From: Octopus vulgaris
Taxonomy: Eukaryota
Direction: 5' to 3'
Length of the DNA stretch: 64,000 nucleotides
Assembly (NCBI GenBank): GCA_951406725.2
Contig: OX597815.1
Location: 134,106,001 to 134,170,000, forward strand
The notes under the pieces are model-generated. The model was not told the origin of the DNA. It ran no database searches and saw nothing but the letters and a program-made list of their open reading frames with translations. This document shows positions 49,139 to 60,135 of the stretch, in pieces; position 1 is the stretch's first letter; each line of letters opens with the position of its first letter. Made by a program: the position numbers and the translations under genes.

Positions 49139-49892
49139 CTCAACTGTTTGTCATTTTCATACCAATTAATCTTGTGGATAATCTCTTTGTTTATATTCAA
49201 TTTTAACTATTTGATTCTAATCCTATTTCTGAAATCTATTTTATTTATCCTTTTGTTTTTGTTGTTTATAATCCGTTTAATATAATAACTAATCCTCTTT
49301 AATACTTTAGATTTCCTTAATCCTATTTTTCTACATAATTTACTCATAATTATCCACTTGTACTCAAGTGGCAAAAAATTTCTTTCGTTCTTTTTTCCTT
49401 CTTACACGTATGTGTGTGTATGTATATGTGTTCGCGCACGCAAGAACATGTGTGAGTTTATATACGTGTGTATCAATAAAGTAGTTGTTGATAGGAAGGG
49501 CATCTAGCTGTGAAAACCTTGTCAAAAATAAAGTCATGCACAACATGGTTGTTATTTTGTCTTATTTGTACTAGATGCCATGAGGCCAAGTGTGCAGGGA
49601 GTGAGCAGGACCTAACTTATTCCAGAGTGGAAAACAATTGTATAATGATGGCGATATATGCACCTATTTCTGTACACATACATGATTTGAGTTATTTATG
49701 TGGCATTTAAAAAAAATATTTTATGAGGGTGTTGATGCTTATCTACCTGTTGATTGAGTCTTCCTTGATATTCAGAGAAACGAACATTTCTACACAATAA
49801 TAGCGTTACGTGTACTCTGGGGATTATATACAAGTGAATTTAATCGTAAAGTTAATTTGAATCTTCGTTCATGGCTCAAATTTATTATATTT

Positions 49893-50350
49893 CAGAAGAA
49901 GAATGGGAACATTCAGAGGATAAATAAATGTTTAATAATATAATTAATGACTTATCCTGGGGATTTTTTATTAGGTGTTTTAGTAAAGTTAACCCTTTAA
50001 GTGTTCAGATTATTCTATCAAACATAATGCTTATTGATTCACATTGATTTGAATTAATCATGCATTATCCCATATCTTCAAGATCTTGATGGTGTAATTA
50101 CTTAATGTAGAATAACATTGTAGGGTAGGTGTGTGAGAGCCTGGATCTGGTCAGTTTGAGCATAAAACAGATTAAATATTTTATCAGAACAGAAGAATAA
50201 AACATTCAGAGGATAAATGAATGTTTAATAATATAATTTGACTTATCCTGTGGGATTTGTTATTAGGTGTTTTAGTAAAGTTACTGATGTTAGACCTTAA
50301 CCCTTTAGTGTTCAGATTATTCTATCAAACATAATGCTTATTGATTCACA
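49893..50350 (+). repeat. Local ~160-bp direct duplication including a MITE end
   Basis: AACATTCAGAGGATAAAT...TTAGGTGTTTTAGTAAAGTTA...CATAATGCTTATTGATTCACA at ~49893-50043 and ~50190-50350. Confidence 0.8.
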
Positions 50351-51335
50351 GGTTTAGCAACTCCATTGAGACACCTCATCAGTTCCTGCTCCCTGTCTCT
50401 CCTCTTTTCTCCCTATTTTTCTTTGCTATAATCAATAACATAGTCAACTAGAATCCTGTTTAGGTATTGAGGAATAGTAAAGGAAGGTTATTATGATAAA
50501 TACATATAGTCATTGCTGTTTTCAGTATGTTTGTGCTTGTTAAGAAGTTTGCTTCCAAACCATGTTGTTTGGGATCAGTTCCAAAGCATTCTTCTTCATT
50601 TCCAGTCTTCTGTGAAAACATGTCTGATCATGGAGATGGTTCGGGTGTATAACTTAACTATTGTTGTTTTTATGCAGATGACATCTTCGAGTATTTAACC
50701 TCATTGATTTGTTCATTATCATAATTTTCACCCCAACCTATGTACCATATTGTACAATTTTTAAAGGAATCTGTCATTACTTTGGGAACTATATTGAAAT
50801 CTGTGCTTTCTAGATGAAGTCTAATGGAGCAAATCCTGTCTGGACTTGTTGAAATGATTAAAATGATATTAGTCATATCATGTTATCCTCACAGCATAAG
50901 TCTTTCTCATTCAATTCTTAACGCTTCCTACATTCAATATATTAACATTAATTTAGCTATCATTTTTTTAATGCAGATGACATATCTGTGTAAGCAATTT
51001 GAATACTTTTCCTTCTAATGTTGTCAAATAATGACAGCTGCTCCTATTTTTTGGTGGATGTTTGTATACAGAGCAGTCAAGACCTGAAAGGTCTCTCATC
51101 AATAAATAATAAACCAAACCATCAAATCTGCTATAAAATTTACTTTTGTTTTTAATGGAATCATGCATTTTAGCCTTGTGCCATAATCAAGATGGGATTG
51201 TCACTGTTTAGCCAACCAAACAATAAAGTTTTAAACTTGGACCATTTGATCAGACAGAGGTCTAAAGTGTATTTTATGAGAGGTAAAGTGTTAGTTTTGA
51301 AATTGTCTGTTATACAGAGCTGTGTTAGATCGATT

Positions 51336-51339
<4 letters not shown>

Positions 51340-51381
<42 letters not shown>

Positions 51382-52030
51382 TGATGATGATTTCAGATTT
51401 TGGCGCAAAGCTAGCAATTTCAGATGAGTGGGTAAGTCGACTGCATCAACCCCAATACTCAGCTGGTACTTATTTTATCGACCTCTGAAAGGATGAAAGG
51501 CAAAGTTGACCTTGGCGGAATTTGAATTCAGAACATAGTAGCAGACAAAATACCATTAAGCATTTCACTTGGCATGCTAACGATTCTACTGTTCGCCACC
51601 ATAAAATTAACAATAATAATAATAATAATTCTGAGTTTGGCACAGGGCCAAATATTCTGAGGGGAGGGTGAAGTTGATTACATTGAACCTACCATTCAAC
51701 TGGTACTTATTTTATCAACTCTGAAAGGATGAAAGACAAAGTTGACCCTCAGTAGGAATTGAACTCAGAACATAAAGAGCCAGATGAAATTGTCTGATGT
51801 GCTAATGATACCAGTCTGCTGCCTATATAATAATAATAATTCTCTCTAATTTTGGCACAAAGCCACCAATTTTGAGGGAAGGGCACTAGTCACTTACATC
51901 AATCCCTGTACTTGACTGGTATTTTATTTCATCAACCCTGAAAAGATGAAAGGTAAAGTTGATCTCGGGGGATTTGAACTCAGAATGTAAAGAGCTAGAA
52001 GAAATGCTGACACACTCATGCTTCTGCCAT
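51340..52030 (-). repeat. Tandem array of 3 Nin-SINEs with (ATT)n tails
   Basis: Same unit as 15520-16680; further single copies at ~46280-46490, 57780-57995 and 61305-61600. Confidence 0.8.
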
Positions 52031-53619
52031 CTTTTCACCTTAATAAATAATGAGATTATTGAATGCAGTGCACTGCAACTTGTGAGAAAAGGGTAAAAGA
52101 GGAGACAGAAAGCAGCAATAAGTCAAGTAATGAAAGCTGACAATGATAGCTAAGAGTACAAGCATAGTACATGAGTTGAAACAGAAAAGCCAAAAAAAAA
52201 AAAAAAGGCCAAAAAAAAAAAGCAAACAAACAAAAAACAAAAGAGCCACAAAGAATAGAACTTATCTCTGTCACAGCTCTCAGCCTCTTCAACACCTCAT
52301 TTTTTGCCCCTCTGATCTAGCCCCACAAACTTCTACACCACCTCTCTTTTCTTCAGGGATTCTCTCAGGATTCCTCTCCACCCCAGTCTATTACTCCCTT
52401 CATTGCTCCCTTCCTGTTAGCTTTACCTCAGCCTCTTCCACCTCATAATATTAGATGGCCCTTACACAACCCTCTGTATCACTTTTTTTAAGCCCCAACT
52501 ATTACACAATCTCAGTTCCCACCACCCCATTCTTATAATTCTAAGGCTTTGTACGTGTGCTGCAAATGAACATGCAAACTTTATTTGAAGTTAGTTTTCA
52601 GTAGTTAAGCTACTCTCCTAAATATCATTTATTCTCAAATCTGCATTTATTACAAGTATAGTAACTATTGCTCTCTTTCTCTTGACTTTCCCTCCTCTAC
52701 TGTTGCCCTGTACTTGAAAATATTGATAGCATGGTCATATAACTTGGTATGTTTAACAAGGAATGTCTCATTGTTATCTGTGTTGTTCATAAGGTGCAAA
52801 ACTTTAAATAGAGTGCATAGTATTTTATTTTTAATTTAAAGTTCAGTATTGATTCATGTTCTGCATAAGTGTATGACTTTATTATTATCAGTTACTGTCA
52901 ATGTGATTTCTCTTACATTCTTATATGGGTAGTTGAATCAAGTATTTTGGGGCTTACAAGTTCATACCCTCATTCCAGCACTGCTTTATCTGTAACCAAG
53001 TCATTTAATTCAAAATAATTTGTCCATGTAGTTCTAAGTTATAGTTAGGTTAAGGCCGGTTGTCATTGAGAAGCCCTATAGTCAAGGACTTTCTATTCAT
53101 GACTCCCATGTTTTTTTTTTCTGAGATAGAATGAATCCAAGATCACATCCAATGTGTCCTTTTTTTCCCAAGATAACAGTATAATTTAGAGGGAGATCTG
53201 ACTGCTATTTTTAGCAGGTTCAACAACCATGTAATAATTCCCACAGCAGCATTGTGGAATTGATGAATGTTTCAGTCAGTCTTGATGGAGAAGTACATGT
53301 AAAGGACTAGCATCATAATCCTGGTAGGAAGAGTCACTTACCAAAAGTTCTACAAAGTAGGATGGAACTCAGAACCATATGGTTGCAAAGAGAGCCTCTG
53401 AGCCACACTTGCCAGTGCCTAGTTCAGCTTCAGCTGTAGTTTTTTTTTCTTTTTATATACAGGACTTGACTAAAATGTAATGTCCCAGTGAGTTGTATTT
53501 TCACTTCCGTCTCTAACCCATTACTTAACAACTGTTAGTGTATTTATGAGTTGATTACTGATTTCTCACAGCTATAGAGTTTTGAGTTTGTAAATAAAAA
53601 AAATGTATAGCATAAAATT

Positions 53620-53927
53620 GGAGGCACAATGGCCCAGTGTTTAGGGCAGCAGATTCGCGGTCGGAGGATCGCAGTTTCAATTCTCAGACCGGGCATTGTG
53701 TGTGTTTATTGAGCGCAAACACCTAAAGTTCCACGAAGCTCCGTCAGGGGGTGGTGGCGACCCCTGTTGTACTCCTTTGCCACAACTTTCTCTTACTCTT
53801 TCTTCCTGTTTCTTGAGTAATGCTGCGATGGACTAGCGTCCTGTCCAGCTGGGGGGAACACATACGCCACAGAAACCGGGCCCATGAGCCTGGCTAGGCT
53901 TGAAAACGGTGCATAAATAAATAGAAA
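53620..53927 (+). mobile_element. tRNA-derived SINE with the same head as 39081-39464 but a different tail
   Basis: GGAGGCACAATGGCCCAGTG head; CTGCGATGGACTAGCGTCCTGTCCAG tail; flanking direct repeat ATAGCATAAAA. Confidence 0.85.
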
Positions 53928-54423
53928 ATAGCATAAAAATAAAATTGTTTATCTTCAACTGAGATCTCTTGTTGTCTCCCAATGTATCGTCATGAAATGC
54001 TGGAGAACCATGAAAAACTAAATGGAGTAGAAATTAGATCTGTTCGGAAAGAAATGTCTTCAGAGGATTTTGTGGTAGTTTGAGCAAGTTAGTGAAGTTG
54101 TGTGACCTCGTTGTTAGGGTGTTGCACTTACAATTGCAAGCTCATGGTTTCAGTTCCTGAACTGGGTTATATGTTGTGCTCTTGAGCAAAAACACTTAAT
54201 TTCACATTGCCCCATTCCACTCAGCTGTAAATCAGTGACCCTGTGATGGACTGCTGTCTTGTTCAGTGGGAATGTTGGGATCTTGGTCACCTATGTGTCA
54301 CGGAAACTGGGTAAGCAGTCCCGTTACTCCCAGAGCTTGAGGCAGTAATGTCTAGGGGTTGATGATGATGATGAGCAAGGTGAAAATAAAAACACCAAAA
54401 CAAAAAACAAAGGAAATAAAGAA

Positions 54424-55120
54424 GGCACAGGCATGGCTGTGTGGTAAAATGTTTGCTTCCCAACCACATGGTTCCGGGTTTACTCCCACAGCGTGGCACC
54501 TTGGGCAAATGTCTTTTGCAATATCCTAGGGACAAACAAAGCCTTGTGAGTAGATTTGGTTGATGGAAACTGAAAGAAGCCCTCACATATATGTGTGTGT
54601 GTCTTTGTGCCTGTATTTACATCTCTGTCACTTAGCAGTTCAGCAGAAAAGACTGATAGAATAAATACCAGGGTTAAAAAGAAAATAAATACTGGAGTTG
54701 ATTAGTTTGACTAAAATTCTTCAAGTTGGTGCCCCAGCATGGCCACAATCTAATGACTGAAACAAGTAAAATAAATAAAAAAAAGGCGTGGCTGTTTGGT
54801 AAGAAGCTTGCTTCCCAACCACATGGTTCTAGGTTCAGTCTCACTGTGGATTGTGAGGCAAGTGTCCTCTACCATAGCCTCATGTAGACCAAAGCCTTGT
54901 GATTAGATTTGGAAGATAGAAACTGAAAGAAGCCCATCGTGTATGTGTGTGTGTGTTTGTCCTATTAACTTAGGAGTTTGGCAAAAAGGGACGATAGAAT
55001 GTGTACTAGGTTTAGAAAAAATAAAATAAAATAAAGTTGTTTCATTCAACTAAAACTTCTTCGAGGCAGTGCCCCAACATGACTGCAGTCTAATGACTGA
55101 AACAAGTAAAATAAAATAAA
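54424..55120 (+). mobile_element. Two tandem CORE-like tRNA SINEs of an abundant family
   Basis: GGCATGGCTGTGTGGTAA...CTTCCCAACCACATGGTTC...CCTTGGGCAA...AAAGCCTTGTGAGT...GGAAACTGAAAGAAGCCC, then (GT)n and a ATGACTGAAACAAGTAAAA tail. Other copies near 10900, 14945, 24290, 25878, 27692, 33595, 36030, 46872, 55245, 57195 and 61650. Confidence 0.85.
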
Positions 55121-55756
55121 AATGACAAGTGTTTAATAACCTGTAGTGTCATCTAACTTGTGGTATTATCTAATTTGTCCAACTAAACCACTTTCAAAGG
55201 TTTAGTTGGACAAATTGACCCCAGTACATAAGCACACACACTGTGGGCTTCTGCTCAACTTCCATCTACCAACTTGACTCACAAGGTATTGATTGGCCTG
55301 GTCTATAGTAGAAGACATTTGCACAAAGTACCAAACAGTAGGATTGAACACAAAGCCATATGCCTACAAAGCAAACTAAACTACATAACCATGTCTGGGC
55401 TTATTATGTCCTAATATGTTCATTTTTCTATTCTTCTTTTTGTATTTTGTATTATTATTTGTGGATGTAGAACATCACCAGTATCCTTGGATTCTATTAT
55501 TTTGCTATTATGTAGATTGCTCTTATGACACTAAGGATGTGATCTGGAAGAGATTTGGCAATTATTTCTATCAAGTTAAACATCCACATAGAGATTCCTT
55601 TGTTTTGATAAAATATAGGACGGGAAGTAAGTAACAAAAGAATCTATATTGCTTTAAAGGAAAGCTTGTGAAGAAGGCATTCAGATAGGAATTAAGTTGA
55701 GGAATAAAAACAACTGGCTGAAGCTAAATGAATAACAGCATTAATTTGTACTTTAA

Positions 55757-56072
55757 CATGTGACTTCATTGACCGAGGTTACTGTGGTCTTTTCCGTAGG
55801 CTTTTCTTTCCACGGGTAAACCTCACCTGTCCTCCCCTTTACACTTTATATTGACATTTCTGTGATAACGATCCCTATTGATCGATTTTTCTCTTTCCTT
55901 TTATTTTTACCCCCCCCCCCCCCGCTTTTTTTTTTTGCTTTCCTCTTTCTTTCTTTTTACGATCCCTTTTGATCGAAAACCAAACCCCCTTTTTTTTTAT
56001 CCCCAAAAGAAAAGCTCTACCTTGTAATTTGTCCCGTCTTTGTGCAGCCCTGTGTGGCTAATAAAGAAACAT
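55757..56072 (+). mobile_element. LINE 3' UTR fragment (L1/Tx1-like tail)
   Basis: Pyrimidine-rich UTR ending TTTGTCCC..TTTGTGCAGCCCTGTGTGGCTAATAAAGAAA, similar to the SINE tail at 28420-28460. Confidence 0.5.
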
Positions 56073-58043
56073 AATTTGTACTTTATGTATATAACTTTAT
56101 ATACAATATAGCTGTATACCTGTGTGTTTAAGGTGGTTGCATCCCAATCTTGTAGTTTGCATTCAGTTTTGCTGTGCAGTACCGTGGATAAGTATCTTCT
56201 AATATAGACCTGGCTTGACCAAAATCTTGTGAATGGAGCTGATAGATAGAAGCTGAAAAAGCTTGTGTGTGTGTGTGTGTTTGTTTGTGCTTCCTTTTCT
56301 TGACATCATGTGATAGTTTTAAATTAATGTCACCATCATACAAACAGTTTTATTTGTTTCCAGTCTTCCACATAAACATGTCCAGTTACTTGGAAACAAG
56401 TGATGGTTGGCAACAGGAGGAGCGTCCAACTATAGAGAATCTACCTCAACAAATTCTGTTTGATCCATGCAAGCATGGCAAAGTGAATATTAAGGTGATG
56501 ATTGATATATCTCATCTGTATTGGCCAGACTATTGGTTGTTGTTGTTGCTATACACCGCTGCTTCTAATTCTTTCTTGATTGCATTATTCTTATCTATCT
56601 TGGCCCAAATTTGTTTTTAATAAGCCATCTTCCTATCATCGTGGAGCTCTACTGAGTGGCCTTTTCTCATCTCTAGGCTACCACTCAGCAACTGTACACA
56701 TACATACCAGTTTGACAACACTGGAAGGATGACATGACTAACTATACTATTTTTGCTTGTAGGCATCTGGTATATTAATCAATTATTCAAGTGTGAAACA
56801 GTTCAACAACTCCTTTATCATTATTACTATATTGCTTAAGGTATTAACGTTTTTTGATACCAGTCTGCCTGAGACTGCCCCTGCTTCTAGATACAAATGT
56901 TGTTTTAAAGTGATCTAAATTAAAACCTATCAAAATTTCATTTTAATTTATGTCCTACACACCAGCTTAATAATTACAAAGTTATTTTACTAAATACTTC
57001 GTTATTTTCAAAGTTAATTGAATTGAGAGAAGTACATCTCAGTAGAAATATTAAAATGAAAGTGTTAATTATGGTTTTATATTATATTGTTATTATTCTT
57101 TTATTCAATTTGGTCATTAGCCTGTAGCCATGATGGAGCATTACCTTTCAGGGTTTTAAACTGATCATATCAACCACAGTACTTATTTCAGTTTCATAGC
57201 CCCGGGTCGACCAAAGCCTTGTGAGTGGATTTGGTAGACAGAAACTGAAAGAAGCCCATTATATGTATATGTGTGTATATTTATGTGTGTGTTTATCCCC
57301 ACCACCACCATCACTTGACAATCGACGTTGGTGTGTTTGCGTCCCTGTAACATAGCGGTTCAGCAAAAGAGACTAATAGAATAAACACCAGGCTTACAGG
57401 GAATAAGTTCAGGAGTTGATTTCTTCAACTAAAGGGCAGTGCTCCAGCATAGCCTCTGTCAAATGACTGAAAAAAGGAAAAGAATAAAAAAATAAAAGAA
57501 TGCCAAAAGAACATTCCGTACCACTAAACCATGAAGGTTCTTTGAATATGTATGATATACTTTAAAGATAAATAGTAATTCTGTTTACGTTTGTTTAACT
57601 GAGTTATTTTGTTGGATTATATAGTTATCGGTTTTACACTTCTTTCTATATTCTGTAAGTGTCACAATATGGAAACATTTCTCATAGCACCAGCACACAG
57701 TTTACAGATGCTTACATTTTTTATATTTTCCGTGAAGTTTGCACGGGTCCAGTTAGTTATTATTATTATTATTACTGTTAAGGTGGTGAGTTGGCAGAAT
57801 CATTAACATGCTAGACGAAATGCTTAGCAGTATTTCGTCTGCCGCTATGTTCTGAGTTCAAATTCTGCCGAGGTTGACTTTGCCTTTCATCTGTTCAGGG
57901 TCAATAAATTAAATATCAGTAAAACACTAGGGTTGATATAATCGACTAGTCCTCTACCCCCAAATTTGAGGCCTTGTGCCTCCAGTAGAAAGGAGTACTA
58001 TTATTATTGTTGTTCTATATTTAAGAAATGAGGAATTATGTAC

Positions 58044-58496
58044 ATTATTTACATTCGATGGATATTTGTCCTCATCTTGTTTGTTGTTAAAACAACGTTT
58101 CAGCTGATATACCCTCCAGCCTTCTTCAGGTGTCTTGGGGAAATTTCAAACCTGGGTTCTCATTCCTAAGGTATTTTTCGATGTTATTATTATTATTATT
58201 ATTATTATTGTTCAGGTCACTGCTTGTAATCAAACTCGGAATCTTGGGGTTAGTAGCTCATGCTCTTAACCACTATGTCGTATGCCCATGGCATAGTAGT
58301 TAAGAGTGCAGGCTACTAACCGCAAGATTCCGAGTTTGATTCCAAGCAGTGATGGTGTAGTGGATAAGAGTGCGGGCTACTAACCCCAAGATTCCGAGTT
58401 CGATTCCAAGCAGTGACCTGAACAACAACAACAATGAAAAATACCTTAGGAGTGAGAACCCAGGTTCGAAATTTCCCCAAGACTCCTGAAGAAGGC
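58044..58496. mobile_element. Palindromic element with back-to-back tRNA-like heads and pLTR/hammerhead arms (right arm resumes at ~61241-61270)
   Basis: Symmetry centre ~58288. Arms carry ATAGTGGTTAAGAG...CTACTAACCCCAAGATTCCGAGTTCGATTCC and CCCCAAGAC(A/T)CCTGAAGAAGGC. Left arm on the minus strand reads ACAC-CTGAAGA-AGGCTG...CAGCT-GAAACGTT-GTTT. Confidence 0.8.
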
Positions 58497-58634
58497 TTTG
58501 ATCGAAAACCAAACCCCCTTTTTTTTATCCCCAAAAGAAAAGCTCTACCTTGTAATTTGACCCGTCTTTGTGCAGCCCTGTGTGGCTAATAAAGAAACAT
58601 AATTTGTACTTTATGTATATAACTTTATATACAA

Positions 58635-60135
58635 CTAGCAGAATTGCCCGGCGTTGCTCGGGGCTGAATTGCTTGAAAGTACTGTTAATGATTGCACTGA
58701 ATTATGATGATTATTCAGGCAAATATTGATATAAGTTTACGGTGGGAGATAAGGACTTAACGCCAAACGTGTGCCATTGCATTGTTTTGGGGGAACCAAA
58801 TTTCTGATGAGCATTATAGGGGCACTAACTTTAAGTTTGAGAAAGTGTGGTGGTAGTCCGGGGTGCTCAAAGGAATTGAGTACCTCTATTGGATAGTTGA
58901 TGACGTCCTCTGGGTCAGGAGTTGTATCGATAGACTGATATACATCGACTTCCCCAGGAATGAGTTTTAGCATTTCATCATTAATATGGTGAACAGTTTT
59001 ATTCCTCGGGGCCAGTATAGCCTTTTTGCCAATCCAATCCATATTCTGATAATTAGCTTGTAAATCTGGGAACACTGCATCTCTGAGATCAGAAGGCGTC
59101 TTAACAATGGTACAAATGGAATCGATGGCAATATTACCATTTTCATCCCCTGGTATTTTGCCTTCGCCAAGTGCAAGGAGAGTGTGAGGAAATGCTGGTG
59201 ATGTGATATTACGTCGCATATGAGTACGCATATTGGTGTGAAGTTTGAGAGTTACTTCCGTTTATTTTAAAAAATATGCATTAAAATGGAAAAAAATGAT
59301 GGTAAATTATTTGTAAAATCATAGACTCATCGTAGACGCGCGCTAATACCCAGAAGGGCTCGATATGAATCACGACTATAAGATACCCGGTTTTGGTTAA
59401 ACTGCATCGCAAAATGTGGGAGTAGTTAGGAATCTAAATCGGAGTAGACAGACACACAACCTTTCTTTTATATATAAATACATACATACACACACACATA
59501 CATACACACACACACACACACATACATGCATACATACATATACACATAAACCGAGTAAAAAATTTCAGTTATCTCTCTCTTTCACACATTACTCTCTCTG
59601 TCTCTTCACACACACTAACAGAAGCACTTCACTTACACAACATACTGTCTGTCTCCCACACTCCATCAAACACACACACAGACACACATGTACATCAATG
59701 AGTCCCATGCACGGTAACTTCAAAGGAACTTCCCTCGTCATACAATCGCTTTCTCTTAGTCTCTTTCGCTCTCATTACTTATGTAAAAAAATAAAAGTTT
59801 TTTCTATGTGTGTAAAGAGGAAGTGGGAGGCAGAGTGAAAGAATCACTCACTACAGTAAGTGAATTACTTTCATTTTATTCCTTGCCCACTGTGTGTGTG
59901 CGTTTGCGTGTGGTGTAAACCAGACTAAGAAAAGCATTTGACACACACACCAGAATGTGAGTTTTCTGTAAATTTTGCTTAATTGGAGTTTAAATTTTAA
60001 AAACTGGACCTGGCATGACGCGATGCATTGTACTCTCAAAACTGCTAGGTAAATTGTAATTGAAGAAATCCTATATTGTAGATTTGTATAACTCCCAAAG
60101 GGAGGCAGATAAAATCTGCCTTTTATAATAAGAGA
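58635..60135 (-). mobile_element. Helitron (internally deleted, carrying a helicase fragment)
   Basis: Minus 5' TC at 60135-60134, 3' hairpin CCCGAGCAACGCCGGG and CTAG ending at 58635. The empty site ATACAA|TATAGCTG is seen at 56101-56114 and, inverted, at ~60840-60853. Confidence 0.95.
58737..59255 (-). pseudogene. Helitron RepHel PIF1-like helicase fragment
   Basis: LKLHTNMR...LLALGEG...VFPDL...KAILAPRN..V..IN...YQSID...YPIEVLNS...GLPPH.LKLKV.APIMLIRNL.PPKQCNGTRL. Confidence 0.92.

Noticed and set aside
56267-56620. Duplicated 117/119-aa 'gene pair' (with 60295-60654)
   Set aside because: Made of SINE tail and simple repeats; similarity comes from the recent local duplication.
58290-58415. 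tRNA genes
   Set aside because: A/B boxes are present but there is no complete cloverleaf acceptor stem; these are SINE-type heads in a repeat.
58486-58510. Hammerhead CTGAAGA...CGAAA at the rearrangement junction
   Set aside because: Chance chimera: stem II cannot pair and there is no stem III or NUH site.
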